Positions 18,539 to 27,691 are shown, counted from the stretch's first letter. The stretch: 57,258 bases of DNA from an uncultured Anaerolinea sp. (GCA_964599995.1 CAZRHZ010000001.1:1-57258); one strand, 5' to 3'. The notes: a model not told the origin generated them from the sequence alone. A program made the numbers and translations.

Positions 18539-19636
18539 CTATAGATAATGAGTATATTGGTTTTCGTTCAGGTAATTGACCAGTTCCTTGACCCTTTGAC
18601 TTTCACCACGCGGACAGATCAAGACTGCGTCCGGTGTATCCACAATGATCATGTTCTGCAATCCCACGGTCACCACCAGCCGTTCTGTGGATGTGGAGTA
18701 TATCAAGGAATCGTGCGATTCTGATCCGACATAGCGGGCATTGATCACAATATTACCATTCAGATCCGGTGTCAGAACTTCAAACAACGAATCCCAGCTG
18801 CCAACGTCGTTCCAACCCAGGGTACTGGCGGGCAATACCACCACCCGGTCAGATTTCTCCATAATGCCATAATCCACAGTCTGGGGTTTGATCGCGGACC
18901 ATAAATCAATGAATTCTTGTGAAGAATGATCCTTACCTAATAGAGGGGTCAACTTTTTAACAGTTTGAAATAACACAGGCATGTAATGTTCAATTTCATT
19001 CAGAATGATGCCTGCCTTCCAAATGAACATGCCTGAGTTCCACGAAAATCTTCCACTGCGCAGAAATTCAATCGCGCGGGTTTCGGAAGGTTTTTCAACG
19101 AACGCGTTGACTTTATAGGCTTTCACATGCTTAAAACCGGGAGCTGGTTCACCGCTTTCAATATATCCATAACCGGTGGAAGGAAACGTGGGTTGAATCC
19201 CCAAGGTTACCAATACGTCAGCCCTGGCAATCTCATACGCAGCTTCAAGTGTCTCTTGAAAATCAGCAACATTTTGAATGAAATGATCCGCCGTGAGAAT
19301 AGCCGTAACGGCCTGCGGATTGACCTTATGCAGGCTGGCTGCCGCCATGGCAACCACCGCGGCGGTTCCACGGGGCATGGGCTCAATCAGAAAATTCCTC
19401 AAAGGAATATTTGGAGCCAGCGAGCTGAGCGTATTTACCTGATCGGCAACGGTCACCACGTAAATGTGCTCGGAATCAAATATTCCATCCAAGCGTTCGA
19501 TAGCGATCTCAAAAAGCGACTTGCCATTGAACAATTTCAACATCTGTTTTGGACAGGTCTTACGCGATAGAGGCCATAGGCGAGTACCCCCTCCACCTGC
19601 CATGATCACCGCATAGAAATCTTGCTTAATGTTCAT
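18539..19636 (-). CDS. manC: Mannose-1-phosphate guanylyltransferase (GDP-mannose pyrophosphorylase, no PMI domain)
   Basis: 365 aa with the nucleotidyltransferase signature AVIMAGGGGTRLWPLSR and a family-typical layout. Confidence 0.8.
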   Translation of the reverse strand: MNIKQDFYAVIMAGGGGTRLWPLSRKTCPKQMLKLFNGKSLFEIAIERLDGIFDSEHIYVVTVADQVNTLSSLAPNIPLRNFLIEPMPRGTAAVVAMAAASLHKVNPQAVTAILTADHFIQNVADFQETLEAAYEIARADVLVTLGIQPTFPSTGYGYIESGEPAPGFKHVKAYKVNAFVEKPSETRAIEFLRSGRFSWNSGMFIWKAGIILNEIEHYMPVLFQTVKKLTPLLGKDHSSQEFIDLWSAIKPQTVDYGIMEKSDRVVVLPASTLGWNDVGSWDSLFEVLTPDLNGNIVINARYVGSESHDSLIYSTSTERLVVTVGLQNMIIVDTPDAVLICPRGESQRVKELVNYLNENQYTHYL

Positions 19637-20741
19637 TGGTTTGATATATACCCTTCTTGTCTCTGGCGGCTACGTAATTCATGCCGCCGACTTGTGCCAC
19701 CATGCCTTTCAATTCCAATATCGTGAGTGTAGCCGAAACTTCGTTGATAGGCAACCCTGACAAACTACTTAATTCATCCACGTGGACAGGTTCATGTGTC
19801 AAATGCGTGAGGATGCGTTTTTCAATCGGATTTAACGGATTGGTTTTTCGCTGGGATTGTTTTTCAGGAATCCTCTCCAGTTTCAATACTTCCAAAATCT
19901 CGCTCATTTTCAGTAACGGCCGCGCACCCTGTTCTATCAATTTGTTGGTACCTTCACTCTGTGGAGCAAGTATACTGCCAGGCACGGCAAAAACATCGCG
20001 CCCCTGATCGACAGCAAATTCGGCAGTTATCAAAGCTCCGCTGGTCTCGCCCGCCTCAACCACCACGGTGGCCAATGACAAACCTGAGATGATGCGATTG
20101 CGGGGTGGAAAATTCACCCCATCAGGCGGTGTGCCCATGGGATAATCACTGACCAGCGCGCCCTGAGCAGCGATCTCTTTAGCCAGCCTTTGATGTTCTG
20201 GTGGGTAAACCACATCCACGCCGCTGCCCAACACGGCAATCGAACGACCCCCGGCCTGCAAGGCAGATTGATGAGCGATGGCGTCAACTCCCCTGGCCAA
20301 CCCGCTCACCACAGTGACACCATTCTGAGCCAGGAATTTGGATATCTCAACAGCCACCTGCCTGCCATAAGGGGTGACACGCCTTGTTCCAACCACCGCC
20401 ACCGCCCAATCGTCTTCCACGTTGATCGAGCCATTCACAAACAGCACAGGCGGAGGTTGGTTGATCTCTTTCAACCTGCGGGGATAGTCGGGATCTTCCC
20501 AGGTGATCACCTTGACACCCTTGATGGCAATATTCGCCATGATCTTTTCAAGGTCGACCTGAAAACGAACTTTCAAGAAATTTTCGACGATCTTTTGAGA
20601 GAGTCCCGCTGATAATAAACCTTCTGCAGGTGAGTTCCAGGCGATCTCAAGAGTACCGAAGAAATCCAGCACCTGTTTCAGACGAACCGCCCCAATCCCT
20701 TTTACCAGGTTAAATCCCACCCAATATGCCTTTGGATCCAC
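19626..20741 (-). CDS. dprA: DNA processing protein DprA
   Basis: 371 aa. It has a Rossmann-like DprA core (SGLARGVDAIAHQSAL, IAVLGSGVDVVYPPEH) and a C-terminal winged-helix domain. Confidence 0.9.
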   Translation of the reverse strand: MDPKAYWVGFNLVKGIGAVRLKQVLDFFGTLEIAWNSPAEGLLSAGLSQKIVENFLKVRFQVDLEKIMANIAIKGVKVITWEDPDYPRRLKEINQPPPVLFVNGSINVEDDWAVAVVGTRRVTPYGRQVAVEISKFLAQNGVTVVSGLARGVDAIAHQSALQAGGRSIAVLGSGVDVVYPPEHQRLAKEIAAQGALVSDYPMGTPPDGVNFPPRNRIISGLSLATVVVEAGETSGALITAEFAVDQGRDVFAVPGSILAPQSEGTNKLIEQGARPLLKMSEILEVLKLERIPEKQSQRKTNPLNPIEKRILTHLTHEPVHVDELSSLSGLPINEVSATLTILELKGMVAQVGGMNYVAARDKKGIYQTNEH

Positions 20742-20750
20742 CCCAACCTC

Positions 20751-21308
20751 TTATTCCCATTCAGGCAAACGGACAACCATCCTTTTGGATTGCTTATTGA
20801 TTGAAAGAACCACACTGCGAATGGCAGGAAGCAAGATCTCTTTTCCGTCTTCGTCGAACACAACGTAAACGTCGTTCGCGCCGGTCACCAATATCTCTTG
20901 TATGGAACCAATAGGCTGTCCATTTTCATCGACCACCTGCATGCCCACGATCTCATGGTGATAGAACTCGCCTTCTGGAAGCTGGTTGGCGTCTGCGGTT
21001 TTAATATAGACCAGTTGATTGCGCAGGATGGAAACCTGGTCGCAATCTGTCAATCCAGAAAAACTGATCAGCATCTTTTCAGCTGAAGGCCTGACAGAAG
21101 CCACCTGGTATTCTTTATGCCTTGAACCGATAAAAAGATTCATTCCCGGTGTGATCTTATCAGGAAAATCGGTGAGGACTTCCATGATGATCTCGCCTTT
21201 AACGCCGTGCGTGCGCTGCAATTTGCCAACAGCCAAAAACACAGGCCCGCCCGACTGGGGCGAGCCTGATTCGTGTAACGGTTGTGAAGCAGAAACCTTG
21301 TCAATCAT
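20751..21308 (-). CDS. rimM: 16S rRNA processing protein RimM
   Basis: 185 aa with GKLQRTHGVKGEI and a C-terminal PRC barrel. It sits in the conserved rpsP-KH-rimM context. Confidence 0.9.
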   Translation of the reverse strand: MIDKVSASQPLHESGSPQSGGPVFLAVGKLQRTHGVKGEIIMEVLTDFPDKITPGMNLFIGSRHKEYQVASVRPSAEKMLISFSGLTDCDQVSILRNQLVYIKTADANQLPEGEFYHHEIVGMQVVDENGQPIGSIQEILVTGANDVYVVFDEDGKEILLPAIRSVVLSINKQSKRMVVRLPEWE

Positions 21309-21604
21309 CGGGGTTCAGCGACATCCAAAGTTGCCTGTTTTCCTTCACGGGCAGCAGCCACACGCAGCAAAATCCGCATGGCGTTGGCCACTCTGCCGCT
21401 CTTGCCGATCACCCTGCCCATGTCTTCTTTGGCAACATGTAATTCAAGGTTTTCCCGTCCGCCATTGCGGAATTGGGAGACAATGACTTGTGAAGGATCA
21501 TCCACCAGCGAAAGCGCAATGTATTCGATCAGCTCTTTCACACTTCCTCCTTCCGCCGTGATACGTGGCGGTCGATATGATGAAGTCTGTCGTTTTTCCA
21601 TCAC
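21305..21604 (-). CDS. KH-domain RNA-binding protein (YlqC / UPF0109-like)
   Basis: It contains VKELIEYIALSLVDDPSQV and the GxxG region GRVIGKSGRVANAMR. The ORF-track start gives 99 aa. The in-frame GTG at 21541-21539, directly preceded by GGAGGA, would give 78 aa, the usual size for this family, so the true start may be 21541. Confidence 0.8.
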   Translation of the reverse strand: MMEKRQTSSYRPPRITAEGGSVKELIEYIALSLVDDPSQVIVSQFRNGGRENLELHVAKEDMGRVIGKSGRVANAMRILLRVAAAREGKQATLDVAEPR

Positions 21605-21609
21605 GATCT

Positions 21610-21945
21610 TTAAGCTTTGATCTTGGCAGCTCGATCTGCGTAAGCCTTTTTGGCTTCTTCGAGCAGTGCGTCAAGGGATTCGCCTTTTTTGAGGCGTTCG
21701 TAACGATCAGCAAGACCAACACTCTTGAACAGCTTCATAACTGATTCACTGGGCAGCGCGCCATTTTTCATCCACTCAAAAGCCCGGTCCTCTTTAATTT
21801 CGAAAGTGAACGGATCAGTGGTGGGGTTATAACTGCCAATGATCTCCAGGAATTTACCATCGCGCGGGCTTTCGATATCCGCAACAACGATACGATAGCT
21901 GGGCTGGTGACGCAAACCGGTTCGGCGCAAACGAATTCTTACCAT
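21610..21945 (-). CDS. rpsP: 30S ribosomal protein S16
   Basis: 111 aa with the N-terminus MVRIRLRRTGLRHQPSYRIVVAD. Confidence 0.95.
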   Translation of the reverse strand: MVRIRLRRTGLRHQPSYRIVVADIESPRDGKFLEIIGSYNPTTDPFTFEIKEDRAFEWMKNGALPSESVMKLFKSVGLADRYERLKKGESLDALLEEAKKAYADRAAKIKA

Positions 21946-22053
21946 TGAATATCTCCTGTTTCTATTCTAAAAATGATCAAATGTGCGTGATGTCAAAAAT
22001 CCACGTTGGCTGGGGGGCGCTGAAGGAAGCGCAAACCGCCGTTTCATTTTTGA

Positions 22054-23376
22054 TCACTTGAACAGATGGGAAAGTCCCTTCCCATTCGTTTTCTGTATGG
22101 TCTTCATCAAGCGTTGTGCATCACGGAATTGCTTGATGAGACGATTGACATCTTGAACTTCCATCCCCGCACCGGCAGCGATCCTGCGGCGGCGAGATGC
22201 ATTCAAAAGGTCGGGGTTCCTGCGTTCTTTAACCGTCATCGAGTTGATGATGGCTTCCGTGCGTTTCATTTGACGGTCCGTGTCTTCCGGGTCAATTTTC
22301 TTTGCCATCTGACCCATTCCGCCGGGAAGCATGTCCATCACCTGCGACAGCGGACCCATCTTGCGCAATTGTTTAAGCTGATTTGAGAAATCTTCAAGGG
22401 TAAACTGCCCCTTAAGCATTTTCTCCGCTTGATCTTTTTCCATCTTCTGATCAAACGCGGCTTCAGCTTTCTCAATTAGCCCAATCATATCACCCATTCC
22501 CAAAATACGCGATGCCAATCGGGAAGGATCATAAGTCTCAAGGGCGTCAATTCCCTCACCCACGCCCAGATATTTAATTGGAACCCCAGTCACGCTGCGA
22601 ACCGAGATGGCCGCGCCGCCTCTTGCGTCACCGTCCATCTTGGTAAAGATGAGGCCGGTGATCTTGACGGTATCGCGAAAGCCTTCTGCGATGTGCAGCG
22701 CTTCCTGACCGATCATGGCGTCCACCACCAGCAAGGTCTCAACCAACTTGACTTTCTTTGCAATGGCGTGCAGTTCATCCATCAGGGCCTGGTCTAGTTG
22801 AGAACGCCCGGCGGTATCTATAATGACCACGGAATATCCGCCCTTTTGAGCCTTATCAAAGGCTTTGGCTGCCAGATCAGGGGGTTTGATCCCGTTCTCA
22901 GCGACGACCTCCACCCCAATTTTTTCACCCAGGGTTTGCAGTTGCTTTACGGCTGCGGGCCGGTAGGGATCGCAAGCCACCAAAAGTACCCGCTCACCCT
23001 CGGAACGTAATTTGCTGGCCAACTTGGCAGCGGCGGTAGTTTTGCCGGAGCCTTGCAAGCCCACGAGCATGACCGCATAGGGTTTGACCCCGCTCAGATT
23101 CAGTTTTTCGGTCGTTCCAAGCGTTTGGATCAATTCTTCGTGAACGATCTTGATCACTTGTTGAGCGGGATTAAGTGCTTTCGATACCTCAGCCCCAACC
23201 GCCCGCTCGCGAACCCGGGCAGTGAATTCTTTAACCACACCATAATTGACGTCAGCTTCAAGGAGAGCCAGCCTGACCTCACGCATCATGGCATCCACAT
23301 CCGCTGCAGATAACTTGCCCCTGCGACGGAGCTGTTGGAACACTTCATTCAAACGATTGGTCAGATTTTCAAACAT
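22054..23376 (-). CDS. ffh: Signal recognition particle protein Ffh (SRP54)
   Basis: 440 aa. It has an NG domain (GLQGSGKTT, DTAGR, TKMDGD) and a Met-rich M domain. Confidence 0.97.
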   Translation of the reverse strand: MFENLTNRLNEVFQQLRRRGKLSAADVDAMMREVRLALLEADVNYGVVKEFTARVRERAVGAEVSKALNPAQQVIKIVHEELIQTLGTTEKLNLSGVKPYAVMLVGLQGSGKTTAAAKLASKLRSEGERVLLVACDPYRPAAVKQLQTLGEKIGVEVVAENGIKPPDLAAKAFDKAQKGGYSVVIIDTAGRSQLDQALMDELHAIAKKVKLVETLLVVDAMIGQEALHIAEGFRDTVKITGLIFTKMDGDARGGAAISVRSVTGVPIKYLGVGEGIDALETYDPSRLASRILGMGDMIGLIEKAEAAFDQKMEKDQAEKMLKGQFTLEDFSNQLKQLRKMGPLSQVMDMLPGGMGQMAKKIDPEDTDRQMKRTEAIINSMTVKERRNPDLLNASRRRRIAAGAGMEVQDVNRLIKQFRDAQRLMKTIQKTNGKGLSHLFK

Positions 23377-23418
23377 ATCTCATACCCGGAGTACGATAAA
23401 AAGGACAAAACAGGGTGG

Positions 23419-23447
23419 ATTTTAGCTTGGATAAGAAGTGCGGTCAA
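23419..23447 (-). promoter_or_regulatory. Putative sigma70-type promoter of the ffh-rpsP operon
   Basis: On the minus strand TTGACC (23447-23442) is followed by a 17-nt spacer and TAAAAT (23424-23419). This lies about 40 nt upstream of the ffh ATG. Confidence 0.45.
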
Positions 23448-23476
23448 GGGACAGGACGTCACCTTGCGGAAGCGCG

Positions 23477-24622
23477 TTAGTCACCACTCGCGCCGTACAA
23501 CTCCATGGGATCGAACATCTGGAACTCTCCGCTGATACGCCACATGCAGTAATTATGACGCTCCTGTTCGGATGTTGTTGTGTCATAATGCCCCATACTT
23601 GAAAATACTGCATTAGATGGACCGATGCGCATTTCCAAATGAAGGTGAGGATTGGTGGAAGAGCCTGTGTTTCCAACATAACCCAATAAGTCACCAATTT
23701 TTACTGTTTGCCCCAAATTAACCGATGGAATCTCTTTTAAATGTCCGTAAAGAACATAGAGAGACTGTGAATCTGTACTCCACCAATCTGCAAAACCGAC
23801 AGGACAAGTCAAACGGTTACTAGGGCTGGCGGGTGTCGATGAGACTTCAGGGAGTTTAATCAGATCAAGAACTTCAACCGGGAGGCTGGAAAGCGGTGTC
23901 TCAACAATAACCATGTAGCCATAAGGTGTGCGAATCTTTGAATAGGCTGAGATTACCTTACCAGGGAATATCGACAGAATCGGCAATCCTTCAATCGAAG
24001 CCAGGTCACCACGCTTCCAGAAGGCAAAATCCACGCCATGATGGCCTGAATCTTCACCAGTTGGGGGAAGCTTGAAGGATTGTGTCACAATTTCTGCCAA
24101 TTCTGAAGGGGCAATCCCCAGTAAAGGAGAAGCAACCAGGCTGGACATGCTGTTGGCAACCGGTGTTGAGGTCACCGCCATGGTGGTGGGCGTCAGGCTG
24201 GGACTCAACGTGGCAGTCGACATTACCGTAGGAGCAGGTGTATTCGTCTCTGTAAACAGCGGTTGCGTTGTTATAGTAGCCGTTGGTTGGCTTGTGGGTG
24301 CGTTGGTAGATGTTGCGGTTTCAGTGGGTAATTCGGTATTTGTGGGCGCTTGAGTGGTACTGACAGCCTGGGTTGGAGTCTGAGTGGCAGGCATGGGAGT
24401 CGGGATAACCATTACTTGATTTCCCAAAGCCACATCAGGCACAGGTGCAGTCTCAATTACAGGAGTTGTGACAGGTCCAACAAGAGGTATCAGGTTTAGA
24501 TGGTTTAGACCGGCACTCAATACCACAAAGACAAAAATGATCACAGTCAATGCTTTAATGCCCAACATCACAAGAACTGATGTGGATCTTAGGGTATTGA
24601 TGAATTCGTCTCTTTGCATCAT
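23477..24622 (-). CDS. Membrane-anchored M23 (LytM-type) metallopeptidase with Thr/Pro-rich linker
   Basis: 381 aa. An N-terminal TM helix is followed by a ~100-aa T/P/Q-rich linker. It has the M23 motifs HHGVD (HxxxD) and GNTGSSTNPHLHLEMR (HxH). Confidence 0.8.
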   Translation of the reverse strand: MMQRDEFINTLRSTSVLVMLGIKALTVIIFVFVVLSAGLNHLNLIPLVGPVTTPVIETAPVPDVALGNQVMVIPTPMPATQTPTQAVSTTQAPTNTELPTETATSTNAPTSQPTATITTQPLFTETNTPAPTVMSTATLSPSLTPTTMAVTSTPVANSMSSLVASPLLGIAPSELAEIVTQSFKLPPTGEDSGHHGVDFAFWKRGDLASIEGLPILSIFPGKVISAYSKIRTPYGYMVIVETPLSSLPVEVLDLIKLPEVSSTPASPSNRLTCPVGFADWWSTDSQSLYVLYGHLKEIPSVNLGQTVKIGDLLGYVGNTGSSTNPHLHLEMRIGPSNAVFSSMGHYDTTTSEQERHNYCMWRISGEFQMFDPMELYGASGD

Positions 24623-24719
24623 AACCTGATGAATGGTTACCTGTAATAACTTTCAACACGATTGCCGTAGGAAGCCATCGTTTTTTGAGCAACTTTCTAC
24701 GGCAATCAGAATATGAGAA

Positions 24720-25400
24720 TTATTTCCTTGTGGTGGGTTCGGTGAAGAGATCACCCGGAGCATCCAGTTCTTCGGGGGTCACTGCACGGCGAGGAGCTGG
24801 TTCTTTCTTGGGTTGCGGTTTGGGTTGCACTTTCTTTACAGGAGCAGGCTCATATTCCTCTTCAGGTTCATCCATGAAGGTAGAGCGAATGCGATTGGTC
24901 AGTGTATTTTCGGAGTGTTCCGGTGTGTAGGGCTCACCGTAGAACAATGAGCGTACACGGCGGTTGAACATGAAAGCAAGAACCACCAGGTCCATAACGG
25001 TCAGCAGCGCATATCCGCACAGACCGCCAACGATCACACCGGCTACCGAAGCCATGTCAGGCAGAAGGTTGCTCACCAGCGGGATACCCGCACCAATGAG
25101 CACGAACAAGCCGCCAATGGTTCCAAAAAGGGCAAGAAAAACTGCACCCATACGGGCGGAGTTCTTCAAGGACATCAATCCTGATCCAGTGATGCCGTAG
25201 AAAATGGTCAGGAATATTCCAACGATGACACCCACAATAGGAAGGAAAATGGAATCCGATGCTGTGGGATCGGTAAAGCTTGGCGCAATCGCAAAAATCA
25301 CGATGGCAAGCGTTCCTACCAGTGAAAGGATAGCAAGAAGGAAATGGTAGGAAGATACTAAGATTACACCATCACGTACAGTTTTATCACTTTGAGACAT
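24720..25400 (-). CDS. Hypothetical multi-TM membrane protein with Pro/Lys/Glu-rich tail
   Basis: The ORF track starts at 25460. I prefer ATG 25400-25398, which has GGAGG 7 nt upstream (MSQSDKTVRDG...). There are four to five TM segments and no recognisable motif. Confidence 0.55.
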   Translation of the reverse strand: MSQSDKTVRDGVILVSSYHFLLAILSLVGTLAIVIFAIAPSFTDPTASDSIFLPIVGVIVGIFLTIFYGITGSGLMSLKNSARMGAVFLALFGTIGGLFVLIGAGIPLVSNLLPDMASVAGVIVGGLCGYALLTVMDLVVLAFMFNRRVRSLFYGEPYTPEHSENTLTNRIRSTFMDEPEEEYEPAPVKKVQPKPQPKKEPAPRRAVTPEELDAPGDLFTEPTTRK

Positions 25401-25572
25401 GATTGATCCTCCAGTTTTCATTCGTTTTCCAAGGCAGGCTGGATAGCGATATACCCACAATATCCATCATAATCCCTGATTAACCTGACTAAGATATTAC
25501 CACAAGGGTTTTTTTGTGTCAATTAAGACGGTTTTAGTGGCTTTTTGATTTCAAAGTAAACAAGCCAGGGCC

Positions 25573-25631
25573 TGATGAAAGGACAGTGGACTTTGGTACC
25601 ACGAATGTGAGTTCGAATCTTACTTCGCCAG
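25573..25631 (+). pseudogene. Truncated / D-arm-less tRNA-Gln(UUG)-like element
   Basis: The T arm is GTGAG-TTCGAAT-CTTAC. The anticodon arm is GTGG(A)-CTTTGGT-(A)CCAC with anticodon TTG. The 3' strand TTCGCCA can pair only with TGATGAA (one A-C, one G-U), which leaves 5 nt where a D arm should be. Confidence 0.3.
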
Positions 25632-25637
25632 CCTTGA

Positions 25638-25708
25638 TGGGATATCGGCTAACGACATGACATCTCGCTCTGGACGAGATGATAGAGGTTCGAATCCTTT
25701 TATCCCAG
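25638..25708 (+). tRNA. tRNA-Gln(CUG)-like gene with degenerate D arm (function uncertain)
   Basis: The acceptor is TGGGATA/TATCCCA (7 bp, U1:A72). The anticodon arm is TCTCG-CTCTGGA-CGAGA with anticodon CTG. The T arm is AGAGG-TTCGAAT-CCTTT and the discriminator is G. The D region GGCTAACGACATGACA forms only 2 of 4 stem pairs and lacks G18-G19. No clear promoter was found. Confidence 0.45.
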
Positions 25709-25717
25709 CTTTAATAG

Positions 25718-25747
25718 AACAAGATCCGCTTCTGAGCGGATCTTGTT
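25718..25747. terminator. Strong hairpin between the tRNA-like elements (+) and the parA-like gene (-)
   Basis: A 13-bp perfect stem AACAAGATCCGCT/AGCGGATCTTGTT encloses the loop TCTG. Both tails are only moderately T-rich. Confidence 0.55.
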
Positions 25748-25764
25748 TGGTTTCATTTGGATGA

Positions 25765-26571
25765 TTACGCTTCGGTTGTCTCGACGGTTTTATTGTTTTC
25801 AGAGCCATTGAGTACCTGCTGGGCAATGCTGTCAAAAATCGGGATGAACCTTTCAGGGAAGGGCTGATTCACCCATTCACTGTGGATCAAGGTCTTTGAA
25901 TACGGGATACCGCGCAAGATCTTCGAGTTGGCCAACAATGGAGTGGATTTCAAACGCTCATTCCAGCTTTCCATGGTGTTTTCCTCCCATTTCGAACTGC
26001 CGATACCAACCGGGATGATTCCGCCAAGATGTTTTCGCTGGCGCAGGACCAATTGAATGGTGTCAGCTGTGGGTTTGCGGTTTTGCAGTGAAAGCATGAG
26101 CGGCACAAAGACCTGGTCTGTGACCGCTGCGATGGACATGTTGACCAGGAAGGGTGAAGTCCCCGAATCAATGAGCACCAAAATATCGGGGGAAAATGCG
26201 GCATCATTCAGCGCATACTTTAACAAGTCAGGGGTTTCGCCCATGCTCATCAGGCTGGTCACGCGATAATCCGCTGGCAAGACAAATATATTCTCGTTGA
26301 AAGGTGATTTCACAAGAGCTTTGGCAACGATCGATCTGGCATTGGTATTGTCTCGAACGGTCTCGAGAACATTAAAGATGGTTGGCGCAGATTTACCATC
26401 GATGATCTCGCGCGCTTCAAGACCCAGAAAGAGGGTTGTGCACCCACCCTGTGGATCGATGTCAATGATGATGACGCGCTTATGCAAATATTGCGAACAG
26501 TAATTCGCCAGTAAACCTGTGATCGTGGTTTTTCCGGTTCCACCCTTCATTGAGGTAAAAGTGGTTATCAT
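25765..26571 (-). CDS. Orphan ParA/MinD-family P-loop ATPase
   Basis: 268 aa. It has the deviant Walker A SMKGGTGKTT with the signature Lys, plus IIDIDPQGG and VLIDSG. No parB-like gene is adjacent. Confidence 0.8.
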   Translation of the reverse strand: MITTFTSMKGGTGKTTITGLLANYCSQYLHKRVIIIDIDPQGGCTTLFLGLEAREIIDGKSAPTIFNVLETVRDNTNARSIVAKALVKSPFNENIFVLPADYRVTSLMSMGETPDLLKYALNDAAFSPDILVLIDSGTSPFLVNMSIAAVTDQVFVPLMLSLQNRKPTADTIQLVLRQRKHLGGIIPVGIGSSKWEENTMESWNERLKSTPLLANSKILRGIPYSKTLIHSEWVNQPFPERFIPIFDSIAQQVLNGSENNKTVETTEA

Positions 26572-26740
26572 AATATTCTTTTCCCTTCATAAAACATCAC
26601 CCATAAATTTTAACACAATATTGAAAAAGAGTGATTCGTCATGATTCACTACAGGGTCCAGAATCTTTCGCAACCTTCTTCACCATTGTGTGTTTTTATT
26701 GACGAAGGCCTCAATTATCAAATAGACAAGGAGAAAGACA

Positions 26741-27601
26741 ATGGCCAAAGTTATGATCGTGACAGACAGTACCGCAAATATTCCTGCAGCGTTGATCAAG
26801 AACGAGTCGATACGTTTGCTTCCGCTGCAGGTGATTTGGAACGGCAAGATTTATAAGGATGGGGTTGACATTCAAGCCGAGGAATTTTATCAAAGGCTGA
26901 TGACAGAGAAACATATGCCCTCAACCTCTCAGGTAACACCTGAAGAATTCAAGCTGCTTTACGCATCCCTGCTCGAACAGGGATATGACGTGCTCAGCAT
27001 TCACATCTCCAGCAAGCTTTCCGGCACAATGGATTCAGCCATTCAAGCCAAAAAAGCATTACAGAGCTCCAGGATTGAACTGGTCGATTCACTCAGTACC
27101 AGCATGGCCATGGGATTTCAAGTAATGAGTGCCATGCGGGTGGCTGAGTTGGGTGGCGCGTTGACAGAATGCAAAGCCACTGCGATAAATGCGATCGAAC
27201 ATTCGGGTGTGTATTTTGCAGTCAACACGCTCGAGTTCCTGCGCCGCGGAGGTCGCATCGGCGGAGCAGCGGCATTTTTGGGTCATGTGCTAAACCTCAA
27301 ACCACTGCTTGAATTACGCGACGGAAGGATCGAAGCGGTCGAAAAAGTGCGCACCCTGTCAAAGACCATCGACAGGCTGCTTGACCTGGTTGAGATAAAG
27401 GTCGACCATTCCAAAGGCCCAATCCGGTTGTGTGCCGTGCACGCCAACGCTCAAACAGAAGCGGAAGAACTGCTGGCACGCGCGGTCAAACGGTTTCCGA
27501 CCGAATTGGTGAATGACACGTTGATCTCCACGGTCAGCCCTGTTCTTGGAACCCACACGGGCCCTGGCGCGTTAGGTCTCGCTTACATGTCTGGGATGTA
27601 A
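26741..27601 (+). CDS. DegV-family fatty-acid-binding protein
   Basis: 286 aa beginning MAKVMIVTDSTANIP, with SGTMDSA and GPGALGLAY typical of DegV. AAGGAGA lies upstream of the ATG. Confidence 0.9.
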   Translation: MAKVMIVTDSTANIPAALIKNESIRLLPLQVIWNGKIYKDGVDIQAEEFYQRLMTEKHMPSTSQVTPEEFKLLYASLLEQGYDVLSIHISSKLSGTMDSAIQAKKALQSSRIELVDSLSTSMAMGFQVMSAMRVAELGGALTECKATAINAIEHSGVYFAVNTLEFLRRGGRIGGAAAFLGHVLNLKPLLELRDGRIEAVEKVRTLSKTIDRLLDLVEIKVDHSKGPIRLCAVHANAQTEAEELLARAVKRFPTELVNDTLISTVSPVLGTHTGPGALGLAYMSGM

Positions 27602-27617
27602 CCTGAAATCCATGAAT

Positions 27618-27659
27618 AAAACCTGACAGTTCAAGGAATACTGTCAGGTTTTTTCTTTT
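27618..27659 (+). terminator. Intrinsic terminator after degV
   Basis: The stem AAAACCTGACAG/CTGTCAGGTTTT is followed by TTTTCTTTT. Confidence 0.7.
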
Positions 27660-27691
27660 CTCTTCTTTGGTAAAATCTAAATATCCCATTC

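Noticed and set aside
20751-23376. The ffh-rpsP-KH-rimM cluster lacks trmD and rplS and continues into dprA, manC and topA.
   Set aside because: Gene-order variation of this cluster is common across phyla, and nothing in the sequence suggests rearrangement scars.
24180-24420. Repetitive-looking ACC/ACT/CCA-rich DNA (also 34740-34870 and 32520-32640) as tandem or CRISPR-like repeats.
   Set aside because: It has no regular repeat-spacer periodicity. These stretches are the coding sequence of the Thr/Pro-rich protein linkers.
25620-25835. A 71-aa minus-strand ORF across the tRNA-like region.
   Set aside because: It spans the T-arm boxes, the 13-bp hairpin and the 3' end of the parA-like gene, and it has no SD. 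It is spurious.
26620-26660. The imperfect palindrome AGTGATTCGTCATGATTCACT in the parA-like/degV divergent region as an operator.
   Set aside because: Only the 5-nt arms are truly complementary, it occurs once, and no regulator is adjacent. This is too weak to report as a feature.
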